The notes under the pieces: generated by a model
What the model was told of the DNA's origin: nothing
The model's input: the letters and a program-made list of their open reading frames with translations, nothing else
Database searches by the model: none
Made by a program: the position numbers and the translations under genes
Shown: one piece after another, positions 50,206 to 62,521 of the stretch
Numbering within the stretch: the stretch's first letter is position 1
How the letters are laid out: the number at the start of each line of letters is the position of its first letter
DNA from: Octopus sinensis
Taxonomy: Eukaryota
Length of the DNA: 64,000 nucleotides
NCBI RefSeq assembly: GCF_006345805.1
Contig: NC_043003.1
Coordinates: 59,024,001 to 59,088,000 of the forward strand
Direction: 5' to 3'

Positions 50206-50695
50206 TATATAACATATCTAGCGTTTTTCTCTTTAAGAACAGCAGGATATCAAAATATAATTTAGATCAACATTAATTATGCTAATTTGGTAAAAACGAT
50301 AATCATTTAGTAGATAAACAAATGATGTATATAAAGAATGATTAACTTTAAATAGTTTATTGACCATTTTAACGTTTATAAATTTATAAAGTAAAAGGAA
50401 AGATCTAATTGATATTTCGACTACATCCATTGACATGTTTAGTGCAAAAAAGACATATTTCGATAGACTATTTTGAATGGAGCATTTTATATCAATTATG
50501 TAGCAAGGATGGCCAAACAAATGGTCATCAATAATTATTCTTCCTGTCTTTTATTTTATTCGTTCACTTGATTGAAATTAATTTCTGTTGCTCTCTCTCT
50601 CTCAGTTTCTCTCTATATCTTTCTCTCATATATTAATATTTATCTCTTACTGGATAGAATGTTTTTTTGTTGATTTTACCAATATTGTATATTCA

Positions 50696-50734
<39 letters not shown>

Positions 50735-50911
50735 ATATTTACAGGGTAATGTTTTTTAATTTTTTCCTGGTTACGGAATTGATGTTTATTTGCGGTTGAA
50801 GCTTTGGCTGTTATTTCTAGTAGGTGAATGGCCTATTATGGCCGTTCCTTGATTGTGATATATTATATATTATATTATATATATATATATATATATAATA
50901 TATATATATCT

Positions 50912-51330
50912 TTTACTCTTTTACTCTCTTACTTGGTTCAGTCATTTGACTGCGGCCATGCTGGAGCACCACCTTTAGTCGAGCAAATCGACCCCGGGAC
51001 TTATTCTTTGTAAGCCCAGTACTTATTCTATCGGGCTCTTTTTGCCGAACCGCTAAGTGACGAGGACGTAAACACAACCGCATCGGTTGTCAAGCGATGG
51101 TGGGGGGACAACACATACACACAAACACACACACCACCACACATACATACACATATATATACATATATACGACAGGCTTCTTTCAGTTTCCGTCTACCAA
51201 ATCCACTCACAGGCATTGGTCGGCCCGAGGCTATAGCAGAGAGACTTGCCCAAGATTCATGCAGTGGGACTGAACCCGGAACATGTGGTTGGTAGCAAGC
51301 TAATTACCACACAGCCACTCCTGCGCCTAT
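50912..51330 (-). mobile_element. SINE family A, full length
   Basis: Collinear with 6552-6958 from head (...cctgcgcctat) to tail. Confidence 0.9.
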
Positions 51331-51408
51331 ATATATATATATATATATATATTAATATATATATATATATTATTATATAATTATATATATATAATATATA
51401 TATATATC

Positions 51409-51439
<31 letters not shown>

Positions 51440-51554
51440 ATATAATATATATTATATATATAAGAATATTCGAGGAAAGTTTCATTCGAGGCTTTTACAT
51501 GCCGAAATCTACTTGGTGTAATTAATGATTATTCCAAATTAATTAATTTCACCC

Positions 51555-51591
<37 letters not shown>

Positions 51592-51600
51592 TATATTATT

Positions 51601-52411
51601 AAATTTATATAAATAAGGATAAGCTCGTTAATTTAAAAAAAATAAAATAACGATTTTATCAAGTGGCCAGCATGGAAAAAATAACCTTCAAAGGTAATAA
51701 TTATAAATTAGGGTATCCACGAGATACCACGAGATACCCGAATTTCTGACTTTGCATTTAGGAATGCTTTGCCTCGTCAGTAGAATACACACAGAAAAGA
51801 AACATAAATACATATATATATAAATACAACATACGAATACGTACATATACGAACGTATACATACATATATATATATGCACGTATGCATCATGGCCAGTTC
51901 AAAATGCCCGCCGTTTAATTCCATGTGAGATATGGTTAAAATATCACCGCAGTAAATACAGAGACGAAATAAATTTAAATTTATAGAAATAAGGATAAGA
52001 TCGTTAATTTAAAATAAAATAATGATTTTATCAAGTGGCCACCATGGAAAAAATAACCTTCAAAGGTAATAATTATTAAAATTATAAATTAGGGTATCTA
52101 CGAGATACCACCTTGCTGGAAATAGCAGTCATGATCTGACTCTAAAACCACCTTGATTGTCCATATCGCACATATCGCAATTGTCCATATCACACATTTT
52201 CTGTGTGTATTATACTGACGAGGCAAAGCATTCCTAAATGCAAAGTCAGAAATCCGGGATCCAGAATTATCCAGTAATTTTTTACTAGCTTCATCTTGTT
52301 TCTTTATTTTCTCTCCGTGTTTGCGATATGGACAACTAAGGTTGTTTTAAAGTCAGATCATGGCTGCTATTTTCAGTATGGTGGTATCTCGTGGATACCC
52401 TAATTTATAAT
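51601..52411. repeat. Nested direct and inverted duplication block
   Basis: Direct: about 51601-51730 vs 51977-52111. Inverted: about 51737-51798 vs 52197-52258 and about 52081-52170 vs 52322-52411. Confidence 0.85.
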
Positions 52412-52415
52412 TGTA

Positions 52416-52462
<47 letters not shown>

Positions 52463-52586
52463 GTACTTGTATACATACAAACACACACGCACACACAAAC
52501 AAACACACACACAGCATTCTACATATCTTACTTAAAGCACATACATCACTGAAAGCGTGCGTATTCAGATATGTAAAACTGAGCTA

Positions 52587-52632
<46 letters not shown>

Positions 52633-52636
52633 GCGC

Positions 52637-52672
<36 letters not shown>

Positions 52673-53240
52673 GTGTGTGTTGTATATAATAAAGCAACAC
52701 AATAGGTTTTTTTTTAGATATTTAGATATAAATCGTGCCGCTTACGAGGTTGGCTTTCCTGTTCATCTTTGTGGGGTCGATAAAATAAGTACCAGCTGAC
52801 TACCGGAGTCGATGTAATTGACTTAACCCTCCTCAGACACTGCTGGCGTTTTGTCAAAATCTGAAATCAATATATCATATAACTTTATATACTTAATATA
52901 CTTTAAGCATGTGTTCGACCTGTTAGAAATAGCACGCAAATGTCATCCGAATCACATGCTATCATCTTTACTAAGGAAAGGAAACACAACAGAATGTAGT
53001 CTTACATATCATCCCTAAAGGACAGGGCAGTAACGGGTTAACCTGAAGCTAAACAAGAACAACAGCGACAACAATAGCAGCAACAACAACTGCAACAAAA
53101 ACAACGATGACATTGTGCATTTGAAAAATTTCTTAGTTGATGAAATATAAAAGTTCCATTGTATTTATACACCGATATTTCCTATTAATGTTCCTGCTGT
53201 TGTTGGTTCTAGACAGAAAACCGAACACACACACACACAT

Positions 53241-53278
<38 letters not shown>

Positions 53279-53343
53279 GCACACACACAAATCGGCCGGA
53301 AATTGACGATCAGAACAATTTATTTTGTTTAATTTTTTTTGTC

Positions 53344-53545
53344 TTATAATTTAACACACTCATCGGTAAAATTTCCACTTATTTCTTATTTTTACTTTCC
53401 TAAAATTTTCGTTGCGTCTTGCAACCTTTTCAATAAGTCTTGAGAGTCAAGACTATTGAAAAGATTGCAAGACGCAACGAAAATTTTAGGAAAATAAAAA
53501 TAAGAAATAAGTGGAAATTTTACCGGTGAGTGTGTTAAATTATAA
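53344..53545. repeat. Near-perfect 202-bp palindrome (MITE-like)
   Basis: ttataatttaacacactcatcggtaaaatttccac...caataagtcttga|gagt|caagactattg...gtggaaattttaccggtgagtgtgttaaattataa. Confidence 0.9.
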
Positions 53546-55311
53546 GGCACAGAAAGAAAATTACTCTCCCCAGAGACAACACAATATGCTTCAACACACG
53601 AACACATATAAAGAATCTTGCAAACCAAATCCAAAAACGAAATATTATTTTATTTAGTTTTATATTTATATTACATAATTTTAATGTTATTGAGAGAATC
53701 AACCTACTTTTCACTACCAAGCATATTGATAGTGTTGGTAGCGTCTGATGCCAGGTTAGGCTTGATTTAGAAAGCTTATTATCAAGTGGATTTCAGCTAT
53801 GACCATCCACTCTTTTTTGTGGTACGTAAGACTGCTTTATCTAATGCGTGTGTTTCCATTTTCTTAAGACTGTAGAATGCGGAAGAGAAAGGCTATTCGT
53901 CGAAGCTTGTCAAATGACTAAATAAAAAATATTGTACATCTTGTGTTTGTAATATATTAATATTGGGGTTGTTTCAGTACATAAATTTCTTCGCTTTGAG
54001 TAACTCGCTAAAGGCTTTGGCAAAAGCATAAACTCCATAATTATTGTCCCATATTGGGTTATATGTAATATGGGGCTATGTCTCCCCCCCCCCACCCCCC
54101 CCAAAAAGATGAGAAATATTTTATGTAATTTTTGCGATCTACAGCACTGCAACTCATTTACCGATATCACAATCTTCAATAATCAACAAATATCTTGAAG
54201 TTCTGCCTCTTTGTTGATAATTCCAATATTCGCTTACAGCAGACCTTTAATATGGTTATGATGTGTAATGTGTTTGTCTGCCAACAGTGCCAACAGTAAT
54301 AGTGTCGGCTGAGGTTGCATCCAGAGAGATTTTTGGCAATATCTAATGAAAAACACTAACAAAGGAATATTTTTAATCGACAAGATTTAGGAAATAGTAA
54401 GCCAGTGCTTTTCAAACCCAATTGATGGAGTTCGTGTACAGAACTGGTGAAAACAAAAACATGAAACAAAAAAAAATCAAAAGCAAAACAAAAACAAAAA
54501 GCAAAAAAAGGCAATGATATGAAATGAAATAAGCCATAGGCCTGTTCATATTTGAAAAAAATAGTTTCTTTTATCACATCCAATTTACTGTATAAAAAAG
54601 CCTGTGGCAAAACTATGAAAAAACTCCTGGAAGTTCACTTGGAATTTAAATGCTAAAATGTCAAATGTCACAAACTCCTGTTTTAGAATGTTTGTTAGAA
54701 ATGCTGGTTGATTGTTTGGCTTCGAAATATCATGTCTTATTGAATATAATAATTTTTAAAGTAACTCTTTAATGCAGTCGAAAGCCTAGAAATCTCTTTC
54801 TAAAAGAATACTGAAAAATTATTTTACATTCGGATTGATAAAAGTAAGTGGTGAATGTATTAATAATAATAAGGTGGTTGCAGAGATAAACTTAAAACAT
54901 TCCTGATAAGCTTAAAGCTGGAGGCTCGATCACGGATTAGGATCATTGCTATAGAAATGATTAATTAATCATGTAGATCAAGATGTTGTGGTTAAATATG
55001 GGGATTAAATATGGTTATTTCAACAAATATGCTTTAGTATTTCTATGTATTATGTATTATGTGTTAGTAAATGATGCTAGCGATCAAGTTTTCTATCTTG
55101 CTTTTAATATTATCATACTTCTTAATATCATTAGACCTCTTTATGGCATCATTAACTCATGCATAATTAACTTTCTATATTGTATATCTAACTTGCAGAA
55201 ATAAATATATTTTCCTGAACTCAACGTTAATATATTCTTTTCTATCACAAACAATGTCTATGGCTGCAATAATAAGATACACTACTCTTTTACAGTAATA
55301 AGACACATTAC

Positions 55312-57278
55312 TCTTTTACTCTTTTACTTGTTTCAGCCGTTTGACTGTGACCATGCTCGAGCACCGCCTTTAGTCGAGCAAATCGACCCCAGGATTTATT
55401 CTTTGTAAGCCTAGTACGTATTCTATTGGTCTCTTTTGCCGAACCGCTAAGTTACGGGGACGTAAACACACCAGCATCGGTTGTAAAGCGATGGCGGGGG
55501 GGGGGGACAAACACAGACGCACAAACATTTACACACAAGTACACGCACACACATTTACACACAAGTACACGCACACACACAGACACACACACATATATAC
55601 GACAGGTTTCTTTCAGTTTCCGTCTACCAATATTCACTCACAAGGCTTTGGTCGGCCCGAGGCTACAGTAGAAGACACTTGCCCAAGGTGCCACGCAGTG
55701 GGACTGAACCTGGAGCCATGTGGTGGGTAAGCAAGCTACATTATTTCATAAAATTTGTTATATAGACTGTACAAAGATTGTGTAGCTTTGCGGGCTGGAC
55801 AAACACATAAATGAATGAAAATGAAATAAAATGACTAAATGAGAGACGAAACCCAACACCCACCGATTGGATTTTTCTCGAAAACATATTTTCGTTTTTT
55901 TTAAAATTCAATATGTGGTTTCAAACCCCTTACAAGAAGGAGGCACTAAAATCTCTTACTTAACTTTTTTTTTAAACACACAATTGAGGTTATAAACCAC
56001 TACAAATAATACAATAAGATGAGGTTTCAAACCCTATATTCATCATTATCTTCAATGCCGCTTGAGTTCCTGTATCTCGCCATTTCCCATGCCTCACTCA
56101 TGTAGGACATGTAAGTCGTGTAAGGGCCACCCAGCCATATGCGGCACTCCTCCGCAAATCCTTTAAGCCTTTCCCACAAGGGAACCTTATGACCTCCACA
56201 GCTATCTGCGGAGGCCATTCGGGATCTCGTGTGAAGGGCATATCTACTGTTTCTTTATGTTCTACTATTTTTTCCACCTCCCTGCCCTTGTAGAAAAAGA
56301 TAATTAATTCATCATCTTTAAGGGTGGGGTCGTTTCTTCCACCGTGGGTGGCACAACTTCGGAACATGCAGACGGCACATCATCTCCCCTCTGCGATGAC
56401 CCGGATACCTGCAGCCAGCCATTAAAAAAAATCTGGAAAAAGCAGATCTGTTGCGGCCGATGGGTCAAAATCGCTTTTGACCCTTCCCAATCGACCGCCG
56501 GCAATACCCTTACATTAAAGAGCCTGGGCCCACTATCCCCCAGTCCTCATCGGATGGTATCTTCAATCCAACCCTTCTCGGCGTCTGGGGGCAACCCACA
56601 TACCCAGGCTCTTATTAATTTTCTCCCGCAGTACAACGGAAGGAACAGAATTTCGTTGCCCTCTAAAGACTGACTCGCAAATTTGCGAGCCTTTTCCCGG
56701 TTGTCAAACAGCAGCCATACGGTTGCATGTTTGACACCATGGGATATGTATTTCACAGAGGACAAATAATCTTTTAGTTCATTTTCTATAACTGATTTTA
56801 GGAAGACGGTGATAGAATCAAGAACTTTAGAATAAGTTCTAACCACCACCGTCCTCTCATCCATATCTTTTAACCACTGCTTAGACGGGTTATTTCCCAC
56901 TCTAAGACAGAGTTCTTCTTTTTAAGTTCCTTCTCTGTAATCCAATAGTCTGGGTTATTCTTGAAGTACTCCAGTTCGGAAAAATTCCACTTTTTCTAGT
57001 GAGATATGCCCACTAGAATTTACAAATTGTTTGGCGAAAAACAGCCGCACCAAGAATTTTCAAGCAAAAATTCTCAATTCACCGTTATGGTGATGAGAAC
57101 ATAATATTTTTGCTCGCTATAGCAAGCCATAATTGACAAACTTTCTTTTTGTTCTTTTTTCTATTAATGGAGCCAAAACTCACGTCTTCTCACTGTAACA
57201 GTCCAGACCAACTAGTGTTGCATTCTGGGTAACCGGGAGTAAGCAAGCTACTTACCACACAACCACTCCTACGCCTAT
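55312..57278 (-). mobile_element. SINE family A interrupted in its tRNA-like head by a 1.5-kb insertion
   Basis: SINE sequence stops at 55739 and resumes at 57239, with gtaagcaagctac duplicated. Confidence 0.9.
55740..57238 (-). mobile_element. ORF1-only non-LTR retroelement (Tx1/L1-like ORF1, disrupted), 13-bp TSD
   Basis: TSD gtaagcaagctac at 55727-55739 and 57239-57251. Pseudo-ORF about 56995-56027 (MDERTVVVRTY...FDNREKARKF...YCGRKLIRAWVCGLPPD...CRVIAEGR*CAVC...WEMARYR...*) looks like an RRM-type LINE ORF1. Inr/DPE-like TAGT...AGACGTG near the 5' end; about 290-bp 3' UTR; no EN or RT. Confidence 0.75.
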
Positions 57279-57479
57279 ATTGATGATTCTAATTTTATAG
57301 AAAAATTGTCTCTACCAATGCATGCAAACCCGAACCTATTTACCCAACGATACTAAATGCATTTTATCGGTAAGTATGACACTTTATTGTCCATGCCAAT
57401 AACTCTGATCTTCTCTTGCAAAATATTGTTGTAATTTATAATAACCTTTCTGTAAGCGTAGCAATGGCAGGGTAGTTAA

Positions 57480-58510
57480 CGCTTTTAAAACGGTTGACGT
57501 AAATTTACGCACGCAATGTACATGCTTTAAATTGTCCGATGTAATTATACACTGCCTGACCTAGAACCGGTCCATCTGCCAACTGATCGGCCGATTAGAT
57601 GTTTCATGTAAATATTTACAACCCGATAAGCTGGTCTTGCCACTCTAGCTCTTCGTCGTCGCGTCCTACCTCTCCGGATCCGTGAACTTTCGTCGTTGCG
57701 TCCTATTTCGTCGAAGTTTCGGTCGTCACGTCAAGCTACACCAAGTTCCATCACCTCACCAGTTGTTTCTTCCGCTTCGGAAGATAACTCGAAGAGTAAG
57801 TATTTTCGTAGTTTAGAATCAGGTAATTCCGATAGCGATGATGACATGCCGTGAATCAAAGGTGCAAGCGGGCACAGTGAATGGCCCGGGACAACTGAAT
57901 GTCGTGTGGCGTGCGAGAGACAATTTCGTCCGAGGGCATGGGTTTACTGGTACGCCTGGCATAATGGCAAACCTTGAACATGGATGTTCGCCATTGGAAA
58001 TCTTCCACGAATTTTTAACGGATGAAATGTTCCAATATATAGCTGAGAAACGAATGACTATGCTGAAAACCATCCACAGCACTTCAGACCCGGGCATGGC
58101 GGTAATTGGTTTCCAACCACGGGAGACAAAATCAAAGTTCTGTTTGCCCTGCTGCTACTGATGGGCATCGTGAAGAAACCGACCCTGGCGTCATATTGGA
58201 ATCATATTCCCTCCGGAAACGATGCCACGTGATCGATTTTTGGCGTGAACCATGATGACAGGACGAACAGGCTGCACCAGGATGACAGGCTACACACAAT
58301 ACGTCCCATCATTTCAGAAAGGTGTTAGTTCCCACACAAGATATTTGTACGGACGAGTTTGTGGAAATACAAGGAAGGCTCCGATTCAAACAATACAACC
58401 CAACCAAACGTGCCCACTTTGGAGCCACGGTTTATAAAGTATGTCAGTCAACTGGTAGAGTCTGTGGGTACACGTGGAATTACAAATTCTACACTGGTAA
58501 GGATAGATTG
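57480..58510 (+). mobile_element. piggyBac transposon 5' half with pseudogenised PGBD-type transposase
   Basis: TTAA (57476-57479) then cgctttt...gttgacgtaaatttacg. Peptides SPLEIFHEFLTDEMFQYIAE, LLLLMGIVKKPTLASYW, DDRLHTIRPII and QDICTDE...GRLRFKQYNPTKRAHFG...YKVCQSTG..GYTWNYKFYTGKD. Confidence 0.9.
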
Positions 58511-58840
58511 GAGGTATTGTTTTCAGTCGCGTTTGTTTCTTTGTTTGTCCGTGGACAAAATATCTCAAGAACTGCTGAATGGATTCAGATGAAACTTTCA
58601 GGGATGTTTGGCCTCATGACTGGCACGAAGTGATTAGGTTTTGGGATTCATCCGGTAATGGACAAGGACTCTGGATTATTTTTCCGGATTTTTATTTAAG
58701 TTTTGAGAGCGGCTGGGTTCATTTCTAGTATTTCTATAGTCGAATTTACTTCAGATATTCTCATTTAAAAAATCATCTCTGGCTAATCGTTGAGAGGACG
58801 TTGGTGTTGCCTTGGCGGAGGTTTGCACTTGTTGCATATG
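58511..58840 (+). mobile_element. Helentron-associated (HINE-like) non-autonomous fragment truncating the piggyBac
   Basis: gaggtattgttttc...tttgtttctttgtttgtccgtggacaaaatatctcaagaactgctgaatggattcagatgaaactttcagg...ccttggcggaggtttgcac follows the HINE layout (subterminal ccttggcggagg). Confidence 0.6.
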
Positions 58841-59379
58841 CTTTTTGTATTTCAAGACGGTAGTTTGTGTATTTGACTGCTACTTGTAAAATATTTCATA
58901 TAGAATCTCTCTCATTGATAGTTATAAATATAATCGATCCTCACTCACGCTCTCAAATCTGTGACAGTGTATAGGTATAATTATAAGCTTCAATCAAGGG
59001 CGAATATCAAATGAAAGAAACCGTCAGAAAGTTCAAGCCAGCATCGTAGCCAGCATCACGAAACATCAGCTGAGATGAACAGCTCATAACACCGCATGAG
59101 TAACAGCAAACATCTCTGTCAGGTTGTTTACAACGAACTCCCCACAGGCAAAAGAAATGTGTAGTGATTCTGTTGTTGTTATGTGTGTATATGTGTGTGC
59201 ATGAGTGCGTGTGTGTGCATGTGTATGTGTGTGCGTGTGTGCATGTGTGCGCGCTTTGCCAGCGATTTAGTTTAGACCGAGGGCTTCAATTCCTATTTTC
59301 ACATTATACACTTTGTGTATGCTTAAGAAGAGTTGGATAAAAAATGTATATTCACTTCTATTATACTTTTATTCATTCT

Positions 59380-59432
59380 TTTAGTCTTTTATTTGGTTCA
59401 GTCATTTGACTGCGGCCATGCTGGAGCACCGC

Positions 59433-59464
<32 letters not shown>

Positions 59465-59620
59465 TCACATATATATGTACGACGGGCTTCTTTCAGTTTT
59501 CGTCTACCAAATCCAGCTATAGTAGAAGACACTTGCCCAAGGTGCCACGCAGTGGGACTGAACCGAGAACCATGTGGTTGGTAAGCAAGCTACTTACCAC
59601 ACAGCCACTCCTGCGCCTAT
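59380..59620 (-). mobile_element. SINE family A with a large internal deletion
   Basis: Tail and head are present; the middle is replaced by (TA)n. Confidence 0.8.
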
Positions 59621-60172
59621 AACTATATCTATCTATCTACCTATCATATTCATATTTTATTCATAACTTTGTTTTATATCTAAAGAACAGGGAGATATGG
59701 TAAAGAAACACTTCAAATTTCCTCAATAATAACTAAGTAGTATCTGCGCATGTTTGTTCATGGATGTGTATGTCAGTATGTGTGTGCGTTTTGGAGCATA
59801 GTATTAATATATAAACTGTTATAGCTTGAAAGACTATTCTCTCTATTTGAGAGATAGAGACAAACTGAAAGACAAGAAGGAAGGCAACTCAACACACACG
59901 CACACAAATACAAGCATTTACACATAGAAAGGGATAAGGGGAGAGATAGTGCAAGGGAAAGCATGAAACTGGCGTACATATTGTTGTGTGTATAGCTTTC
60001 CATGTATGTGTGCGTGCGAGTTGCGTGCTTCTCTGTGTGTGTAATATACAAATGAATATCTATTTCCTGTTATCAAACAGATTAGGGAATTGGAAATGTG
60101 TTTTCCTTCAAATCATACGATATTGACCGGGGTTATATCATTTTCTTCCGGGTCTTTAATTGGTTCAACTAG

Positions 60173-60363
60173 ATACAGTTGACCCTGACACTTCTGTGTC
60201 TATAATTATTATGTGTATACCTTTAGGGGTGTTACTTCTATTCAGTGCAATAATTGCGATTATCAACTTCAATCAGAGCAATACCGATTATTCTTTGATT
60301 CAGCACGTTAAGACAATGCAGCCCACCTTGTTTGTTGAATCAAATCTATTGAACGTATATTAG
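60173..60363 (+). CDS. Candidate terminal exon with a transmembrane-like segment; unrecognised
   Basis: Acceptor ttggttcaactag|AT (phase 1); DTVDPDTSVSIIIMCIPLGVLLLFSAIIAIINFNQSNTDYSL...VY*; not microsatellite-derived. No partner exons found. Confidence 0.2.
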
Positions 60364-60593
60364 GCGTGAATATAGTTCTCGTTTAAATTTAAGCTGCTCT
60401 TATCTTCATTCCGAGGTGACGTTCTGTTTTGTTAAATTAATACACAACGAGTATTTCTTACGTTCCATCTTAGGTAATAATTCATACATTTGCTTGGCCC
60501 ATCCATCCATCCATCCATCCATCCGTTTATCCGTCCATTTGTCTGACAACCTGTCTGTCTGACTGACCGCCTGCCTGCTTATCTGTATGTCTG

Positions 60594-60680
<87 letters not shown>

Positions 60681-60681
60681 G

Positions 60682-61830
60682 GGGGATTGGAACGCTACCC
60701 TGGACACGCATCTAGACTACGTGGGCAGAGATAGCAATAGGAGGGGATGCAAATACCTGAAAGACTTGCTCTGACAGGTACCGACTGGACCACCCGAATG
60801 TGTCAATGTGGACATGGAGCAACCGCATCGGGTTGTCCTGATCGTATTTAGATAGAATATTCTGTAGGACAGTGGATAAGGATAGCGTAGGTTGTCCACA
60901 ATTCCACTTAGTAAGCTACACAGACCACAAATTTGTGACTTGTACACTTGACTTAGATAAGACACATAGGCAGGGTCCCGGTTACTGGAAGCTGAACGCA
61001 TTGTTCACGGCACGTCAGGCTTACAGGGACCGGATGAGTACATTAGTTAAGAGAGCATTGATGGGTGCCACCATCAACAACAGATGGTGGTATGCCCTAA
61101 AGAAAGCAATTAAAGTAGAATCGGTTAGGTACAGTAAAGCCCTGGCATTAGACCGAAATAGAGGGAGACCGAGTTAAGAAATTAGAAGAGGCATGGACTG
61201 GCAGCGAGGTTGGCCCTCGACCAACACTTCAACGCCAAACACGAAAGATGCGTTGTCAGAGCTAGGATGCGTGCTCTGAGGAACGAAGGAGTTGGAGCCG
61301 CCCGAAAGGCCCGAGTGGCGGAGGCGCTACGAAGCAACAGAGCTGCCATTAGGTCCCTGACAGATCAACAGGAGCATGAATTAATCAAGCCTGAAAGGAT
61401 GTGTGAGGCCTTTCAACAACACTTTGCCCGACTTTTCGGGACAGCTGGTGGGTCAGAATGCAGAGTGGACTTTAGTGTCTACCTGCATGGCCTGCCACGA
61501 CTCTCAGCAAGGAAGGCGGAATGTTGTTAAAAACCCATCACAGCTGCTGACGTACGGGATGCGATGGCAGGCCTCGCGGAAGACAAGTCACCGGGCTTGG
61601 ATGGTCTGCCCTATGAACTTTATTGTCATATGCCAGACTTGTTTGGAGGCGTCTTAGCAGCTGTCTACTGCAACTGGCAGCAAAACGGGAGTGTCTCCGT
61701 CTTTGTAAAGCGTGGAGCGGTGGCACTGCTAACGAAAGATCCAAACAAGAGGAACATCATAGATAACTTCAGGCCCATCACTCTGCTCAACGCAGATTTG
61801 AACATCTTAGCCAGAGCACTAGAACATTGA
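60682..61830 (+). mobile_element. Tx1/L1-clade ORF2 relic (APE endonuclease C-half, tether, RT N-terminus)
   Basis: GDWNATLD, SYLDRIF, TDHKFV, GPGYWKLN, KSPGLDGLPYELY and NFRPITLLNADLNILA motifs with several stops and frameshifts; truncated at both ends, starting directly after (CTAT)n. Confidence 0.9.
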
Positions 61831-62521
61831 AACAGATTCAAGCCTCTCCTTTGTCTCACAGAAAATCTCCACAACATCCACCGTTCCATCCCAGTTCAAA
61901 CGCATTTCGACGTCCTGCTATATTCTCCAAATCCTCTAATTCAAATTCAAAACAATCTCACCCCTGGATTGCCGACCAAAATGACCAACTTCGCTAAGAA
62001 TACTACAAACCATATTGCCAATCACATGTGCAGTAACACGATACACAATCACCAATATACTTTAAATAAAATCTAAAGCAGAAACCTTTGTCAGTGCCTT
62101 TGCTGATAACTGAAAGAAAGCACTACCTGCTATATGAACAATTGTAAGACTGCTGATATCAGTCAATATGAATGAGCGTTATGGGCTACTGAAACAAGCG
62201 TGTAGTCTATCACTTCATCAACCACTTCAAAATTACAAACAAAGCAGAAAACGAACGATACTTTTAAATACGGTAAACCAAACTAGTTCATAACAACCAA
62301 ACTAATTCATTATTTCAGACTCACCGAGGAGTATGTGTGATTAACATTATACATTTTTCAAAGCAATTAGATGCAGACGTACTTGTGTGGCAGGAGTTTT
62401 CTTCGCAACTACATGATTCCTGGTTCAGGCTCACTGCTTGGTACCTTGGGAGAGGATCCTCTGTTATAGCCTCTGGCCGACTAAAGCCTTGTGAGTGGAT
62501 TTGGTCGACAGAAACTGAAAA

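Noticed and set aside
52215-52250. CUGACGA-GGC-AAA-GC motif
   Set aside because: No following GAAA or stem III.
3562-52799. Dozens of listed ORFs made of YI/CV/HT repeats or poly-I, -L, -N, -Y and ER runs
   Set aside because: They are translations of (TA)n, (CA)n, (ATT)n and (GA)n microsatellites.
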